Source: a virus
IMG/VR virus record: IMGVR_UViG_3300032050_000011
Direction: 5' to 3' (one strand)
DNA: 64,000 nt
Shown here: positions 38,618 through 49,144 of the stretch, piece by piece
Layout of the letters: each line of letters opens with the position of its first letter
Position numbering within the stretch: position 1 is the first letter of the stretch
Notes under the pieces: model-generated
What the model was told of the DNA's origin: nothing
The model's input: only the letters and a program-made list of their open reading frames with translations
Databases searched by the model: none
Translations under genes and position numbers: made by a program

Positions 38618-39541
38618 TTAAGAATTAAAGAGGTCATCTGCCATTGCGAGAATATCATCTGTATCGTCGACGTCATCTGCCTTATCGAGATTTAGTTTTA
38701 CACCTGAACCTTGAGGTTTAGGTGTATTTGCTTGAGTTGCGCTACTGGTAGCTTCTGCCAAACCAAATCCTTCTACTAGGAGTTCTGGCATATCTTTAGC
38801 CGCGTTAACGACATTAGCTATAAGAATTTCTTTAAGCTCTTCATAGGTAAGTTTCTGATAGAGACTGTTAAGATCATAGCCTAGAGAATCATAATTGTGG
38901 ACAATGCTTTCAGCTAGCGGAGAACGATCGTCTTCATAAACTAAAACACCATGCGCGTTCTTGCCTTTCATCTGATTCTTAGCTGCATCATAGGTGGTAT
39001 CAAAACCTTTTCCAGTCTTAGTGATATTAAACCATATACCAGAATCATTAACTTCTGCGTTTAGAGAAGTGGGATCTTGGTTATAGTCTTTGATGTATTT
39101 TTCCATAAGTGAGATAATCTTCTTGTGAGCAGTAGGTTTAAGCTCAAGAACTCCCACTTGACCAGTTTTATCTGCTGCATTATATGTATAGACTGTCTTA
39201 GGTCGCAGATCAGAGATAAACTTATTTAACGCTTCAATTTTAGTCTCATCACAGCCTGGTACATTAAGGGCTACAACTTTATTCTTTAGCAACTCAAGGT
39301 AATCATAGACTGGACATCGGCCTTCATACGTAGAAGACGAAGCGAATGGTCTGGCTCTTCCAGAAGCAGGATCCACAAGGCCCCATACCACATTCCATTT
39401 ACGATAAGGATAGCCATCGGACTCTTTACCAAAAGGAGGCAAGAATCTAAAGATGTTTCCGCCATCTTGGACTTTGTGTCTAACAGTTTTTTTGAACGAT
39501 TTTGGATTCAGTGAGTCTAGGTTAATTTTGATATTTGACAT
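38618..39541 (-). CDS. Single-stranded DNA-binding protein (gp32-like)
   Basis: IFRFLPP, CPV, ITKTGKGFDTTY, acidic C-tail. Confidence 0.8.
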   Translation of the reverse strand: MSNIKINLDSLNPKSFKKTVRHKVQDGGNIFRFLPPFGKESDGYPYRKWNVVWGLVDPASGRARPFASSSTYEGRCPVYDYLELLKNKVVALNVPGCDETKIEALNKFISDLRPKTVYTYNAADKTGQVGVLELKPTAHKKIISLMEKYIKDYNQDPTSLNAEVNDSGIWFNITKTGKGFDTTYDAAKNQMKGKNAHGVLVYEDDRSPLAESIVHNYDSLGYDLNSLYQKLTYEELKEILIANVVNAAKDMPELLVEGFGLAEATSSATQANTPKPQGSGVKLNLDKADDVDDTDDILAMADDLFNS

Positions 39542-39601
39542 GATTTCTCCTTACTAGCACTAGTGCCATAGTTATTAACTGCCATTGTTGGCATGAATAT
39601 A

Positions 39602-40066
39602 TTATACCACGATATCTTTATTAGATGCAATTTTCTTAGAATTTTTGCCGTCTTTCATGTTAAATCCAAATCTTATAAGCGTCGATGTGCCGCTTAAATC
39701 ATCGCTAACATAGTAGATAGTATCTATTCCAGTGCGACGAGTTTGAATTTGCTGTTCAATGGCTTTTTCTACAAAAGAAAGATTGTTTTCTACGATTACT
39801 CGCATAATTAAATCAGCAAACTCTTTATCTGTAGAATATGGCAGGTTATCATATTTTGTAAGATTTACCCTGAAAGGGTTAAGAGTGTTGTCATACTTAG
39901 CAGCAAGAATAGCAACCATATCTCTGATCGATCTAATAGAGGCAATCTTGTCAACTCCGCGTTTTTGTCTTGTAGCAATAACCTCTTCTAAAAAAGTAGG
40001 TTTGTGAATAACCATCTCATTTGATTTTAAATTTTCTGGTGCCTCACCAACTAAAATATAATGCAT
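39602..40066 (-). CDS. Hypothetical protein
   Basis: SD AGGAG; follows dnaE. Confidence 0.7.
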   Translation of the reverse strand: MHYILVGEAPENLKSNEMVIHKPTFLEEVIATRQKRGVDKIASIRSIRDMVAILAAKYDNTLNPFRVNLTKYDNLPYSTDKEFADLIMRVIVENNLSFVEKAIEQQIQTRRTGIDTIYYVSDDLSGTSTLIRFGFNMKDGKNSKKIASNKDIVV

Positions 40067-40074
40067 GTTTTCTC

Positions 40075-43000
40075 CTATTTTATTATTTCTATTTCTTTGA
40101 GATTTATACTGACAGATTCTTTGAACCCTTCTTTTAGAGTTCCTCTAATGTAGACTACACTATTTTCTGGATAGCGAAGTGGCTTAGTCTTATTCCAGTC
40201 TATACACTCAACATGTGAGTAGCCATCCGATAACACGACATTAAGCATACAGTATTCTTTGCCGCTTTTCTTTGAAATGCCTTTTTTTATATGTGAACCT
40301 TCATAAAGCATAATCATACCTATATCTTTCTTGTGATCTTTCAATATAAGACCTTCGGCTATCTTTATGTTATTTATAATAGGTATGGGATTATTATCTT
40401 TATCATGAATTATAAATGGCGCACCTTTTTTGCCAGTGTCTACAAGAGCTGGCCATTTTGTCTTTAAGAAATTTCTAACATCCGGATCAGAGAGTAGGTG
40501 TTTATTAAATGTAGTGTTAGATTCTTTTTCCATAAAATATATAGAAAGCGGATTAGTGTCTTTTAGTTCTGGCTTCCAGGCCACTTTGCCTCCACGCAGA
40601 TTGTTATATCTACTTAATAAATCAAGTCTTTTATCTGCATACGACAGTAATTCTTTATTCATAAGAGAATCTGCCGCTCTGGCTTTTATAAGAGCCTCAA
40701 CAACTCCCTTATTTACTTTGCTATGATCTACACGCTTGACGTAGTCTTCTAAGTCAATAAACGGACCTTTACTAACTAGTTCTTTTACTGCAGATGGACC
40801 AACGCCTTTGATTGCAGACATTGGAGCAACTATGTAATTATCTTCAACCTTAAATTGCTGAGAAGGATTTTTCATAGACGGTGGCTTAATAGTGTCACCC
40901 AAAAGGGAAATAAAGCCGCGCACTTTATCTTCTTTGTCTTCATTGTTTAATACAGATGTCCACCACTCTAGAGGATGGTTGTGCTTGAGATACATGGTGA
41001 TATAGCCAAGTTCTGCATAGCAATGTGAGTGAGATCTATTAAATGAATAGCGCGAAAAAGCCTGAATAGTACTACATAGCGTATCTGACTGATGCTTATT
41101 CCAGCCTCTTTTGTGTGTTGCTGATCTAATTCTGTCAAACGCTGCCATCATAACATCTTGCTTTTTCTTAGAAATCGCATCACGTATGCGATCAGTTTCT
41201 TCAAGTGTATAACCGCATATGTCTACAAGTACCTTCATCACCTGCTCTTGATATACCATGATGCCATAGGTTTCTTCTAATATAGGTTTTAGATCCGAGT
41301 GTATGTATGTTGGCTCTCGCTTGCCCATCCTTACATCCATGTACCACTGAGTAGCAGAAACTCCATCCTCTAGTATTGCATCCATTGCACCTGGTCTAAG
41401 AAGAGCTGTCATAATGCTTAGATGCTCTCGTTTAGTAGGCAAGAACTGCGGTGCAGCATTTTTAACGGTATTAGTGTTAAATTGAAAAGATGAATCTGTT
41501 TTCTTATTGTAAAAATCAACGTAGACACCTTCTAATTCAGGCAATCTATATATTAGGGCAACACCATTACTATCTGTCTCTAGGTAATTTATATTATCTT
41601 TTAGCATGTTAACACAATCAGTTACCATGGCCATAGTATTTAGACCAAGAATATCTGCTTTTACAAGATTGCTTTTCTCTACCATCTTGGCGTTGTATTG
41701 TGTAACATTTATGTAGTCTTCCATGCCGTTATCATACATGCGCATAGTTGGAACTCTGCCATCCTGCAGATTTAGTGTAGATATAGCAAATGCAGAAGCA
41801 TGTCTTGACCAGCCTCGCACTACGCCAAGTAATTTATCTACCAGCTGCCTAACGTCCGGATACGAGCTAAAGAAGTTGCGAAGCATTTCGTTTTCATCAT
41901 AGTGACCAATATGTTCATCGCCCTCTTTATCTGTGTATCCGTATAGAAAATCCTTCTCCTCAACACCCTGTGGCGAATCTGGGATTGTCTTGCATACAGC
42001 TTCTATCTCGAAGTCTTTACGATTTCGGCCGTATATAGCCATCATAGCGTCTTTGATAGCATTTTTAGTTTTCATAGTAGAGAACGTAGATATCTGAGCA
42101 AAACCTAAACCATATTTATCTTTAAGATATTTCATAACACGTGGTCTAGCTGTACGAGATATATCCATATCAATATCTGGCCAAGATCCGGCTCTAATAC
42201 GAGCATGAGACAGAAAGCGCTCAAAAGGCAGATCACTTTTAACTGGATCCACGTGAATTATTTGCAGATAATAAGATATTAGACAGCCACCTGCAGAACC
42301 GCGACCTATAGACTGCAAGAAACCTACATCTCTTGAAAATTGGGAAACATCTTCGTACACTAAGAAATAGGGTATGAAATTCATTACCTCATTTCGCATT
42401 ATAACATCTAATTCTTTCTTAAAGCGCTGTATATATATAGGATCATTTACCCAGCGACCATGCTTGTTTATGCGCTCCATCATTACATAGTATGTCTGCA
42501 TATTGTAATCATCAGTTTTAGCCTTAATATGATCAGGCACCTCAATCTGAGGCAAGTGGTAGTCTAGCGATATATTGACCTCAGAAGCAAGACGTGTTAT
42601 ATCAAGTGTGTGACCAACCCATTCTCTGAATATATCTTCAGATAATTCATCTCCAAGATGTACACTTAGCTCGCGATATACTTGCTCTGTTTTCTTTATG
42701 TGATATGACTCATAATAATATGCTTGATTCTTGTGGGCGTTCTTAGATAAACAGTCTTGAACTAGCTTATCCTCTTGATCTATGAAGCATGCACCAGTTA
42801 CAGGTATGCATCTGGCTTTATATTTCTTATAAAGATATAGTAGAAATTGATTGTAGGCTTTACTTAAATTGCCCTCTAATACAAGAGGATTTTTTGGTAT
42901 GCTTCTAAAGCCAACCTTGCCATCATAAATTTTAGTTATGTCAATAGGATTTAGTTCTAGTGTTATGTCTAGTTTATCTTTAAGATCTATGTATCGTTTT

Positions 43001-44055
43001 TCAGCAAGATCTTTGTCGCCTGCAGCTATAGCGTGACCAAGTGGGCCTCTAAGATCTGCAGCACCAAAAACTAAGCCCTCTCGATACTCTACAATAGTAT
43101 CTAGTGATACTACCGGAGTTGATATGCCGTTTACGTCTCTAGCATTATCAAATCCTAGGGACGCTAAGCGGACTAGATTTTTATAGCCTTGATTAGATAT
43201 AGCCCAAGCATTTAATGAATATACACTTTCAGTTCGTGTATCAGGTTCATAAGTAAAGTTTATTCCCAGACCTGACACTGCTACGGTTTTTTCTTTGTTT
43301 CTTATAGAATTAAATAATGATATTCCCGAGCCCTGATCTACAATTGAAATGCCTGGTATGTTATTTTCTGCTGCCCACTTATACCAGTCCTCTGGAACAA
43401 GCACTCCGTCGATCATGTTATATTGAGAATGAACATGCAGCTGTGCCATCTCATCAAAGGCTGATTGAATTACTATATCTTTTGCATTTAGCGAAGGTAT
43501 ATAGACGGTTGTATCTTCATCCATTAGACCAGACACTATCTTATCTAATTTAATAGTGGCAGATATATCCGATAACGCGTCGTGAGCGTTTATCTCTATG
43601 TTGTAGAGATTGGCTAAAGCTTCTAGCTTAAGAGATTTAGAAGCAATTTTGTGTTTAACGTCCGATGCCCTCTTGTAAACGCAATGTATGTCTATTGAAA
43701 ATAGTTTAGAAAATTCTTGATTTTTATTCAGCTTAGAAAAAGATGAAGACAAAAAACGTCTATCGAAAGATACGTTAAATCCGGCGATAGTAAACTTAAG
43801 ATTAAAGCTAGATATGTACTCTATAAATTTAGAAAACATATCTTCTGATGATTGAAATGTCTTAAGCATGTCTCTAGAGATACCATGAATATTAAGTGCT
43901 TCTTGCTCGACAGTTTCCCAATTTAGTGGCTGGCAAAATTCATTAAATGGTTTCTGGGGTACATTGTTGATGATGGGTATACAGGCTAATTGTATGATGT
44001 CGTTTTTTTTCTCATTAAGACCTGTAGTCTCAACGTCGATCCATAGATAATTCAT
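40075..44055 (-). CDS. dnaE: DNA polymerase III alpha fused to N-terminal DnaQ-type 3'-5' exonuclease
   Basis: IDVETTG, GFNVSFD, HDALSD; PHP LHVHSQY; GRGSAGG, PDIDMD, KADILGL, YQEQVM, YSFNRSH; start MNYLWID with SD AAGGAG. Confidence 0.93.
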   Translation of the reverse strand: MNYLWIDVETTGLNEKKNDIIQLACIPIINNVPQKPFNEFCQPLNWETVEQEALNIHGISRDMLKTFQSSEDMFSKFIEYISSFNLKFTIAGFNVSFDRRFLSSSFSKLNKNQEFSKLFSIDIHCVYKRASDVKHKIASKSLKLEALANLYNIEINAHDALSDISATIKLDKIVSGLMDEDTTVYIPSLNAKDIVIQSAFDEMAQLHVHSQYNMIDGVLVPEDWYKWAAENNIPGISIVDQGSGISLFNSIRNKEKTVAVSGLGINFTYEPDTRTESVYSLNAWAISNQGYKNLVRLASLGFDNARDVNGISTPVVSLDTIVEYREGLVFGAADLRGPLGHAIAAGDKDLAEKRYIDLKDKLDITLELNPIDITKIYDGKVGFRSIPKNPLVLEGNLSKAYNQFLLYLYKKYKARCIPVTGACFIDQEDKLVQDCLSKNAHKNQAYYYESYHIKKTEQVYRELSVHLGDELSEDIFREWVGHTLDITRLASEVNISLDYHLPQIEVPDHIKAKTDDYNMQTYYVMMERINKHGRWVNDPIYIQRFKKELDVIMRNEVMNFIPYFLVYEDVSQFSRDVGFLQSIGRGSAGGCLISYYLQIIHVDPVKSDLPFERFLSHARIRAGSWPDIDMDISRTARPRVMKYLKDKYGLGFAQISTFSTMKTKNAIKDAMMAIYGRNRKDFEIEAVCKTIPDSPQGVEEKDFLYGYTDKEGDEHIGHYDENEMLRNFFSSYPDVRQLVDKLLGVVRGWSRHASAFAISTLNLQDGRVPTMRMYDNGMEDYINVTQYNAKMVEKSNLVKADILGLNTMAMVTDCVNMLKDNINYLETDSNGVALIYRLPELEGVYVDFYNKKTDSSFQFNTNTVKNAAPQFLPTKREHLSIMTALLRPGAMDAILEDGVSATQWYMDVRMGKREPTYIHSDLKPILEETYGIMVYQEQVMKVLVDICGYTLEETDRIRDAISKKKQDVMMAAFDRIRSATHKRGWNKHQSDTLCSTIQAFSRYSFNRSHSHCYAELGYITMYLKHNHPLEWWTSVLNNEDKEDKVRGFISLLGDTIKPPSMKNPSQQFKVEDNYIVAPMSAIKGVGPSAVKELVSKGPFIDLEDYVKRVDHSKVNKGVVEALIKARAADSLMNKELLSYADKRLDLLSRYNNLRGGKVAWKPELKDTNPLSIYFMEKESNTTFNKHLLSDPDVRNFLKTKWPALVDTGKKGAPFIIHDKDNNPIPIINNIKIAEGLILKDHKKDIGMIMLYEGSHIKKGISKKSGKEYCMLNVVLSDGYSHVECIDWNKTKPLRYPENSVVYIRGTLKEGFKESVSINLKEIEIIK

Positions 44056-44067
44056 AAGCTCCTTAGG

Positions 44068-44129
44068 CCTCAAAAAATAATGAGGGGATTGAGGAATATT
44101 CCTGCGATATTTATACACATCGCAGGAAT
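44068..44129 (-). promoter_or_regulatory. Structured element upstream of dnaE
   Basis: 11-bp inverted repeat 44098-44108/44119-44129 enclosing GTATAAAT; second stem CCTCA/TGAGG next to SD. Confidence 0.55.
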
Positions 44130-44142
44130 TGCAGCGGTCTTT

Positions 44143-44481
44143 TTAAAAAGAGAAGCTAAAGTCGATACTTGTAGTAGTAGTAAGAGATGTATTTAAAGAT
44201 AGAGAAACTTCGTACTCATATATGTCTTCTGATGCAAGAGCAGCGCGAATACCAGCTAAGTAAGTCTGTAGATGTAGTCCATTAAGTCTAAGATTTGCGG
44301 GCTCAAACGTAGTCTCAATTGTTACTGAGAATTTTTTTTGCCCCTTAGAGGCAGCCGTTTGAAGCGAATTAGTTAATGTAGTTAAATTGGCAGCTACAAA
44401 GGCTTCACCTTGAGCAAACACATCTGCCATTTGCTGGGTAAAGCCATTTGAACCATCAAGATAATCAGTTTTCAAGCTCAT
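44143..44481 (-). CDS. Hypothetical protein
   Basis: SD GAGG; 112 aa. Confidence 0.7.
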   Translation of the reverse strand: MSLKTDYLDGSNGFTQQMADVFAQGEAFVAANLTTLTNSLQTAASKGQKKFSVTIETTFEPANLRLNGLHLQTYLAGIRAALASEDIYEYEVSLSLNTSLTTTTSIDFSFSF

Positions 44482-44626
44482 GTGAAACCTCGTTTGGTGT
44501 ATTTATTTCGTTGAGAACATTATTAATTAGGCTTTTTAGTTTCATAGAAATCTCTGGATCCATGGTTCTAGCGTGAAGATCGACAAGATTTACTACTACG
44601 TAAAGCTGTTCTTGTGATATATTCAT
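44465..44626 (-). CDS. Small hypothetical protein (53 aa, not in ORF track)
   Basis: MNISQEQLYVVVNLVDLH...HELEN*; TAATG coupling. Confidence 0.55.
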   Translation of the reverse strand: MNISQEQLYVVVNLVDLHARTMDPEISMKLKSLINNVLNEINTPNEVSHELEN

Positions 44627-44916
44627 TATTGCACCTTTGTTTTAGTTTTTACTCTAATATTCTCAATATGTTCTAGCAGAAACTCAATCTTTGCTTTTTC
44701 GTATTTAAGTGCACAACTAAAGCCAGCGTTAAGATCTTTTAGTATTTCTTTAGCAGCTTTTAATTCTTGATTTTCTTCTTTATCATGTAGAATCTGCTTA
44801 ATTTCAAATTCAATGCCTACAATCTGCTTCTCTGCGTCTTCTTCAGTTAGAGTTCTTGAATTAGCAACCCATGATTCAGTTAAAACCTTATCCCAACTAT
44901 TCTTTTTCTTAGCCAT
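44626..44916 (-). CDS. Hypothetical coiled-coil protein
   Basis: Start MAKKKN with SD GGAGG. Confidence 0.7.
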   Translation of the reverse strand: MAKKKNSWDKVLTESWVANSRTLTEEDAEKQIVGIEFEIKQILHDKEENQELKAAKEILKDLNAGFSCALKYEKAKIEFLLEHIENIRVKTKTKVQ

Positions 44917-45553
44917 CCTGACCTCCGTATTCGTATGTACCTTTTGGTATCTTATTCCATTTAATATCATTCACAGGAGTACTATACTCGATCGTCTTTG
45001 CATTAGAGTATATTGAGGCGTGAAATATGGCCATGGCAACGGCATCAACTATATCATATCTAAATTTAATAGGCTTTCCAGTATTTGAAGAGATAGAATG
45101 ATTTGGAAACCTGATGTTCCATCTTTTGTGGAGAGATTCTTGAGTCATTAACTTTTTAGCAGGCTCATTGCCCCACTTATCTTTTTGCTCTTTTGTCGGT
45201 CTAACCCTATGGTTTATAAAATTTTTCCAAAGTGATATATTTATGATATCGTACGCTAGTCCTAATTGCCTGCACTTAAGATGTATCATTGCTCTATACG
45301 CACAGTTTAAGTTAGCCCCCTGAGAAGATCTTGAGCTAAAAAAATAATCCTCTACACCAACATGAGATATGCTATTGTTTTTTATAAGATCTTCTATTTT
45401 TGTAAGTAAATCTATGTATTGATCACCAGCATAAGTATGTTGATCTATGTCTATAAATCCCCAACTTATAATTTTCGCAGAGTTGCTAGATTCATCGTAG
45501 TTATATATACAATAGCCAGTTGAATTAGCTGGATCTACTATTAGCACATTCAT
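44909..45553 (-). CDS. ruvC: RuvC-like Holliday junction resolvase
   Basis: LIVDPANSTGY, VGVEDYF, DIVDAVAMA. Confidence 0.8.
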   Translation of the reverse strand: MNVLIVDPANSTGYCIYNYDESSNSAKIISWGFIDIDQHTYAGDQYIDLLTKIEDLIKNNSISHVGVEDYFFSSRSSQGANLNCAYRAMIHLKCRQLGLAYDIINISLWKNFINHRVRPTKEQKDKWGNEPAKKLMTQESLHKRWNIRFPNHSISSNTGKPIKFRYDIVDAVAMAIFHASIYSNAKTIEYSTPVNDIKWNKIPKGTYEYGGQDG

Positions 45554-45565
45554 CTAGTTATTATA

Positions 45566-45697
45566 CTAGTTAAATATGTTCTTAAAACTTAACTTATCGT
45601 AGTCCATAGTTATAGTTTTTCGCTGCATCTCATTTAATATCATAAGTACACAGACTAACCTAACAAATGTCACATATCTTTCATCTGACCCGCTCAT
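45566..45697 (-). CDS. Small hypothetical protein (43 aa, not in ORF track)
   Basis: MSGSDERYVTFVRLVCVLM...NIFN*; SD GAGG; fills gap. Confidence 0.45.
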   Translation of the reverse strand: MSGSDERYVTFVRLVCVLMILNEMQRKTITMDYDKLSFKNIFN

Positions 45698-45698
45698 G

Positions 45699-46553
45699 TC
45701 AGTCCTCACTATTTACCCTAGGAGTGTTTTTAGTTTTACTTTTTTTTGTAGATTTTTTATATTTTATCTCTCTAATTATTTTTTTTCGTTGAGCATGCTG
45801 CTTTGGAGTAAGATCTGGAACCGCGTCCTTTCCAAACTGCTTTTGAGCTTCATTTCTGCCAAGAGTTACTTGCATCTGTTGAGCAACAGCTGGCGATGAA
45901 AATGGCTTATGTTTTAGTGGTTGCCCTATGCCGTTGTCACTAGAGGTTACTATATTGTCTTTTTTACTTTTTTTTACACTATTACATTCGCAATCAGAAC
46001 AATCACAATCTTTTTTCTTTATTGGTTGACAAGAGTCTTTTGCATATGCTTTTTTACCAGGCGTTGGCTCGTAGCCCTCCCAGCATCTTTTCTCTAAAAC
46101 TTCAATAGCTTTCTCTAGATTTTGCCTTAAGTTACTAGACTTATCTGCTTGCTGATTAGGTAATGATTTAGCTACTCCAACTAATTGTTGCTGCGCCTCT
46201 TTCATTCGTATATCTTTAATATCTTTATTTTTTGTCTGCTCAGCAGATTTAAGTGGATTTTTAGTAGATTTTGGCTTTATAGACGGTATTTTTATTTTAG
46301 AAGCAAAGGAGTTGTTGCCGGGTTTAGGCAGATAGTTTATAGTTGGCAAAACTGCGCCTCGTACTCTAACGCTTCCTGCGCCACCTAGTCCACTGTTGAG
46401 CATTGACTTATTCAGCGTCTCGTCTAATCTAGATATTTTTTCATCGTAATCTATTGAAATTGTAGATTTTTCCAGAGACAGCTCGTCATCAAGCAAGTTC
46501 TTCTCTAAAAGTTCTATTCTTTCTATTAGCGATAGTCTCATGGTATTCTCCAC
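45699..46553 (-). CDS. Lys-rich polyprotein-like candidate head cargo with CWEGY peptide
   Basis: LEKN, LEKS, LNKS, VAKS, LEKA motifs; RCWEGYEPTPGKKAYAKDSC. Confidence 0.7.
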   Translation of the reverse strand: MENTMRLSLIERIELLEKNLLDDELSLEKSTISIDYDEKISRLDETLNKSMLNSGLGGAGSVRVRGAVLPTINYLPKPGNNSFASKIKIPSIKPKSTKNPLKSAEQTKNKDIKDIRMKEAQQQLVGVAKSLPNQQADKSSNLRQNLEKAIEVLEKRCWEGYEPTPGKKAYAKDSCQPIKKKDCDCSDCECNSVKKSKKDNIVTSSDNGIGQPLKHKPFSSPAVAQQMQVTLGRNEAQKQFGKDAVPDLTPKQHAQRKKIIREIKYKKSTKKSKTKNTPRVNSED

Positions 46554-46583
46554 ACTACTGAAATTATACCATATTATAGGGCC

Positions 46584-48353
46584 TTATTGACTATTTAAAC
46601 TAGAAATTCCGCCTCTTTTCTCTACTCTAATTACTTGATTAAATAGACTTTTTGACTCTGATGCGTGATCAATGACCCATATTTGCCTATTTACTGATAA
46701 TTTCGCCAATATATCTATTATAAGCTCTCTACCTAAAAGGTCTAGGCCATCAAAAGGCTCATCTAGAACTACAGGATTTACATCTATGCTATAATGAGAA
46801 CTAAGCACTTGAATTATTGCAAAATCTACTATTAAAGATAGGGCCCTAAATTCTCCACCAGAAAGTGAGCCTATAGATCGCTCTGATCCATCAACAGTAA
46901 ATGTTTCTGATATCTTTGCTTTGAGACTTTTGTCTTTATTTTCTTTAAAGGTCTTAATTGAATAGCTTGCATTTGGCCAAACATCAATAATATCTGAGGA
47001 TATGATCTCATTTATAAGATCCACTATACAATCTATAATGTAGGCAGGTGCACCTGTAGAATCAAAGATGTGCTCAACTGCTCCAAGAACTAGTTCTTCG
47101 GTGTGCAATTCCTCTAGTTTTACATTGAGAGCAGATACTTTTTTAACTATATCTGTTATCTTGTCATTAATGTCTTCATTTTTTTCAATCTGAGACTTTA
47201 AATTTGATGTTTCTAACCTTTTCAACGCTATAGAATTCTTATATTCTGCAATTGAATTTTGTGCATCTCTATAATCTTTATATTCTTCTTGCTTTTTAAG
47301 CTTTAACTTCTCTACTAATAGGCGGATTTCTTCTTTCTTAGAAAGAGTTCTATCATGTTTATCTATATTTGATTTTATCTCTTCTAGCTGTATCTTAATT
47401 TCAGTTTGATGAAGTTCCCATTGTGCTTTAAGTGCTTCAATATCATCAGCTTTAGCAAGTGTTTTGCCTTGTATGTTTAGTTCTGCGCTACAGGCTGGAC
47501 ATATGGCGTCTGGCTGCTTTGGATTAAACGGTCTAAGTGAAGTCTGCAGTTGATTATAGCGCTTCATATCTTCATTTCTAGTAGCATTTGCCGCAGCTAG
47601 AATTGATAACTTTTCTTGTATTTTATTTTCTGTTTCCGCATACTTAGACAAGTCTGGCTCTTTTACTAGCTCTAATTGCTTAATCTCTTTAACATAAGCC
47701 TGTATATCTTTGTCTAATTGAAGTATGCTTGAATTTATTGAGTCAATGCTAACTAGTGATTGACTATATATATCTAAATTAGAATTATAACTATCTATTT
47801 TAGATTTTATTATATTCTTATTTTGCTCTAGTTCTTTTAATTTTGACGAAACTGTCTCTTTTGCATCGTTAAATTTGTTAAGATTCATTATCTTAAGTAA
47901 GAAATTTTTTTTATCTGCATCGTTAAGCGTAAGAAAGCGTTCAGCAGAATCTTGTGGATTGTACATTGTGAGGATGAACTGTTCGTAGTTAAGTTTTATG
48001 TTTATTTCAAACTCTTCCTGAGTCATGTCTACTTTTATATCATCTATATAAAACTCTACGGCTGCTGGTCTAGCTCTTTTAACCTTAAAGCTTCTATCAT
48101 TAACACCCACTGTAACACAACAATATCCTTCTTTTGCTCCTTTTCGCAATATTTCAGACTTACTAATTCTTCGTGGAATTTTGTCGTATAAAGCAAACGA
48201 AATAGCATTAAATATAGCAGACTTTCCTGCTCCATTTGCGCGACTTGTATCATGGTCGTATCCTTCAACTAGGACTAGTCCCGTTTCGCCAAAAGAAATT
48301 TCGGCATTCTGAATAGATAATATATTTTCTATTTCTACTTTTAATAATCTCAT
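46584..48353 (-). CDS. sbcC: SbcC/Rad50 (gp46-like) ATPase
   Basis: NGAGKS, CPAC hook, LSGGE, VLDEPF, IDH. Confidence 0.92.
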   Translation of the reverse strand: MRLLKVEIENILSIQNAEISFGETGLVLVEGYDHDTSRANGAGKSAIFNAISFALYDKIPRRISKSEILRKGAKEGYCCVTVGVNDRSFKVKRARPAAVEFYIDDIKVDMTQEEFEINIKLNYEQFILTMYNPQDSAERFLTLNDADKKNFLLKIMNLNKFNDAKETVSSKLKELEQNKNIIKSKIDSYNSNLDIYSQSLVSIDSINSSILQLDKDIQAYVKEIKQLELVKEPDLSKYAETENKIQEKLSILAAANATRNEDMKRYNQLQTSLRPFNPKQPDAICPACSAELNIQGKTLAKADDIEALKAQWELHQTEIKIQLEEIKSNIDKHDRTLSKKEEIRLLVEKLKLKKQEEYKDYRDAQNSIAEYKNSIALKRLETSNLKSQIEKNEDINDKITDIVKKVSALNVKLEELHTEELVLGAVEHIFDSTGAPAYIIDCIVDLINEIISSDIIDVWPNASYSIKTFKENKDKSLKAKISETFTVDGSERSIGSLSGGEFRALSLIVDFAIIQVLSSHYSIDVNPVVLDEPFDGLDLLGRELIIDILAKLSVNRQIWVIDHASESKSLFNQVIRVEKRGGISSLNSQ

Positions 48354-48775
48354 TCTCTGCAAATCCTGTCAACTACTGCCTTAAGCTTTAGCGTTTTACC
48401 ATTTCTTCTTACAATTAAATCTACAGTTTCGCCAAATTTTAAATCCATATCCCAGACGCGAGTTACAAACTCATCTCCAGGTCTTAGTCCAGCTTTCCAT
48501 GCAGGTCCATCGTATGCTACATGAGTAACTATTCCAGTTAATCCCATAAACTGAACGCCTATACCCACATAGTAATCACATGGAATAGGACCTCTGTTGA
48601 ACCAAATTTTAACTTTTTCTCCGCCGTCACTATCTTCAGATTTTGAACTTTTACCTTCTTGCCTCTGTTCCTGTTTTGGTGGCTGAACATTCTTATAGCG
48701 AGATAAGACTAGTACTATGTGTAACGTTAGACTTATAGCTAGTGCAACAATAAAAGCTGATATTTTTGTATTCAT
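48350..48775 (-). CDS. Membrane-anchored PDZ-domain protein
   Basis: N-terminal TM; YVGIGV...VAYDGPAWKAGLRPGD...VDLIVRRNGK. Confidence 0.8.
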   Translation of the reverse strand: MNTKISAFIVALAISLTLHIVLVLSRYKNVQPPKQEQRQEGKSSKSEDSDGGEKVKIWFNRGPIPCDYYVGIGVQFMGLTGIVTHVAYDGPAWKAGLRPGDEFVTRVWDMDLKFGETVDLIVRRNGKTLKLKAVVDRICRE

Positions 48776-48787
48776 TGGGGATTTATA

Positions 48788-49144
48788 CTAAGATTTCTGC
48801 GGCGGTCTAGTTCTAGTTGTAAGTTCACCTTTTTCATTATAGAAAACCCAGCCTTGCTCAAGCATAGTTTCTAGTGAATAAGTGCCAGAATCTACCATTT
48901 TAGGAACCTCTATCTCCCAGTAGTAGTCTAATTTTCTTTCTTTTAGCACAAGTGAATGATCAGCTAGATGTTTACGATTTAATAGCTTATCTACTGTTTC
49001 TGTAGTTTTAGCACTTGCAAGAGAAGGCATCTGCCTGTCTGCTCTAGCAAAACACTCGTCGCAAACCACATTATCTGTAGATTTAGACACATAGCGCTGC
49101 GATGATTTGCTGCAAGAGCAGCAGGTGAACGTGTATTTAGGCAT
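48788..49144 (-). CDS. FmdB-like zinc-ribbon protein
   Basis: MPKYTFTCCSC...CDEC. Confidence 0.75.
   Translation of the reverse strand: MPKYTFTCCSCSKSSQRYVSKSTDNVVCDECFARADRQMPSLASAKTTETVDKLLNRKHLADHSLVLKERKLDYYWEIEVPKMVDSGTYSLETMLEQGWVFYNEKGELTTRTRPPQKS

Noticed and set aside
32246-44055. Inteins or introns in terL, recA or dnaE
   Set aside because: No splice-junction or homing endonuclease motifs; the terL Cys-rich insert looks like a Zn-binding loop
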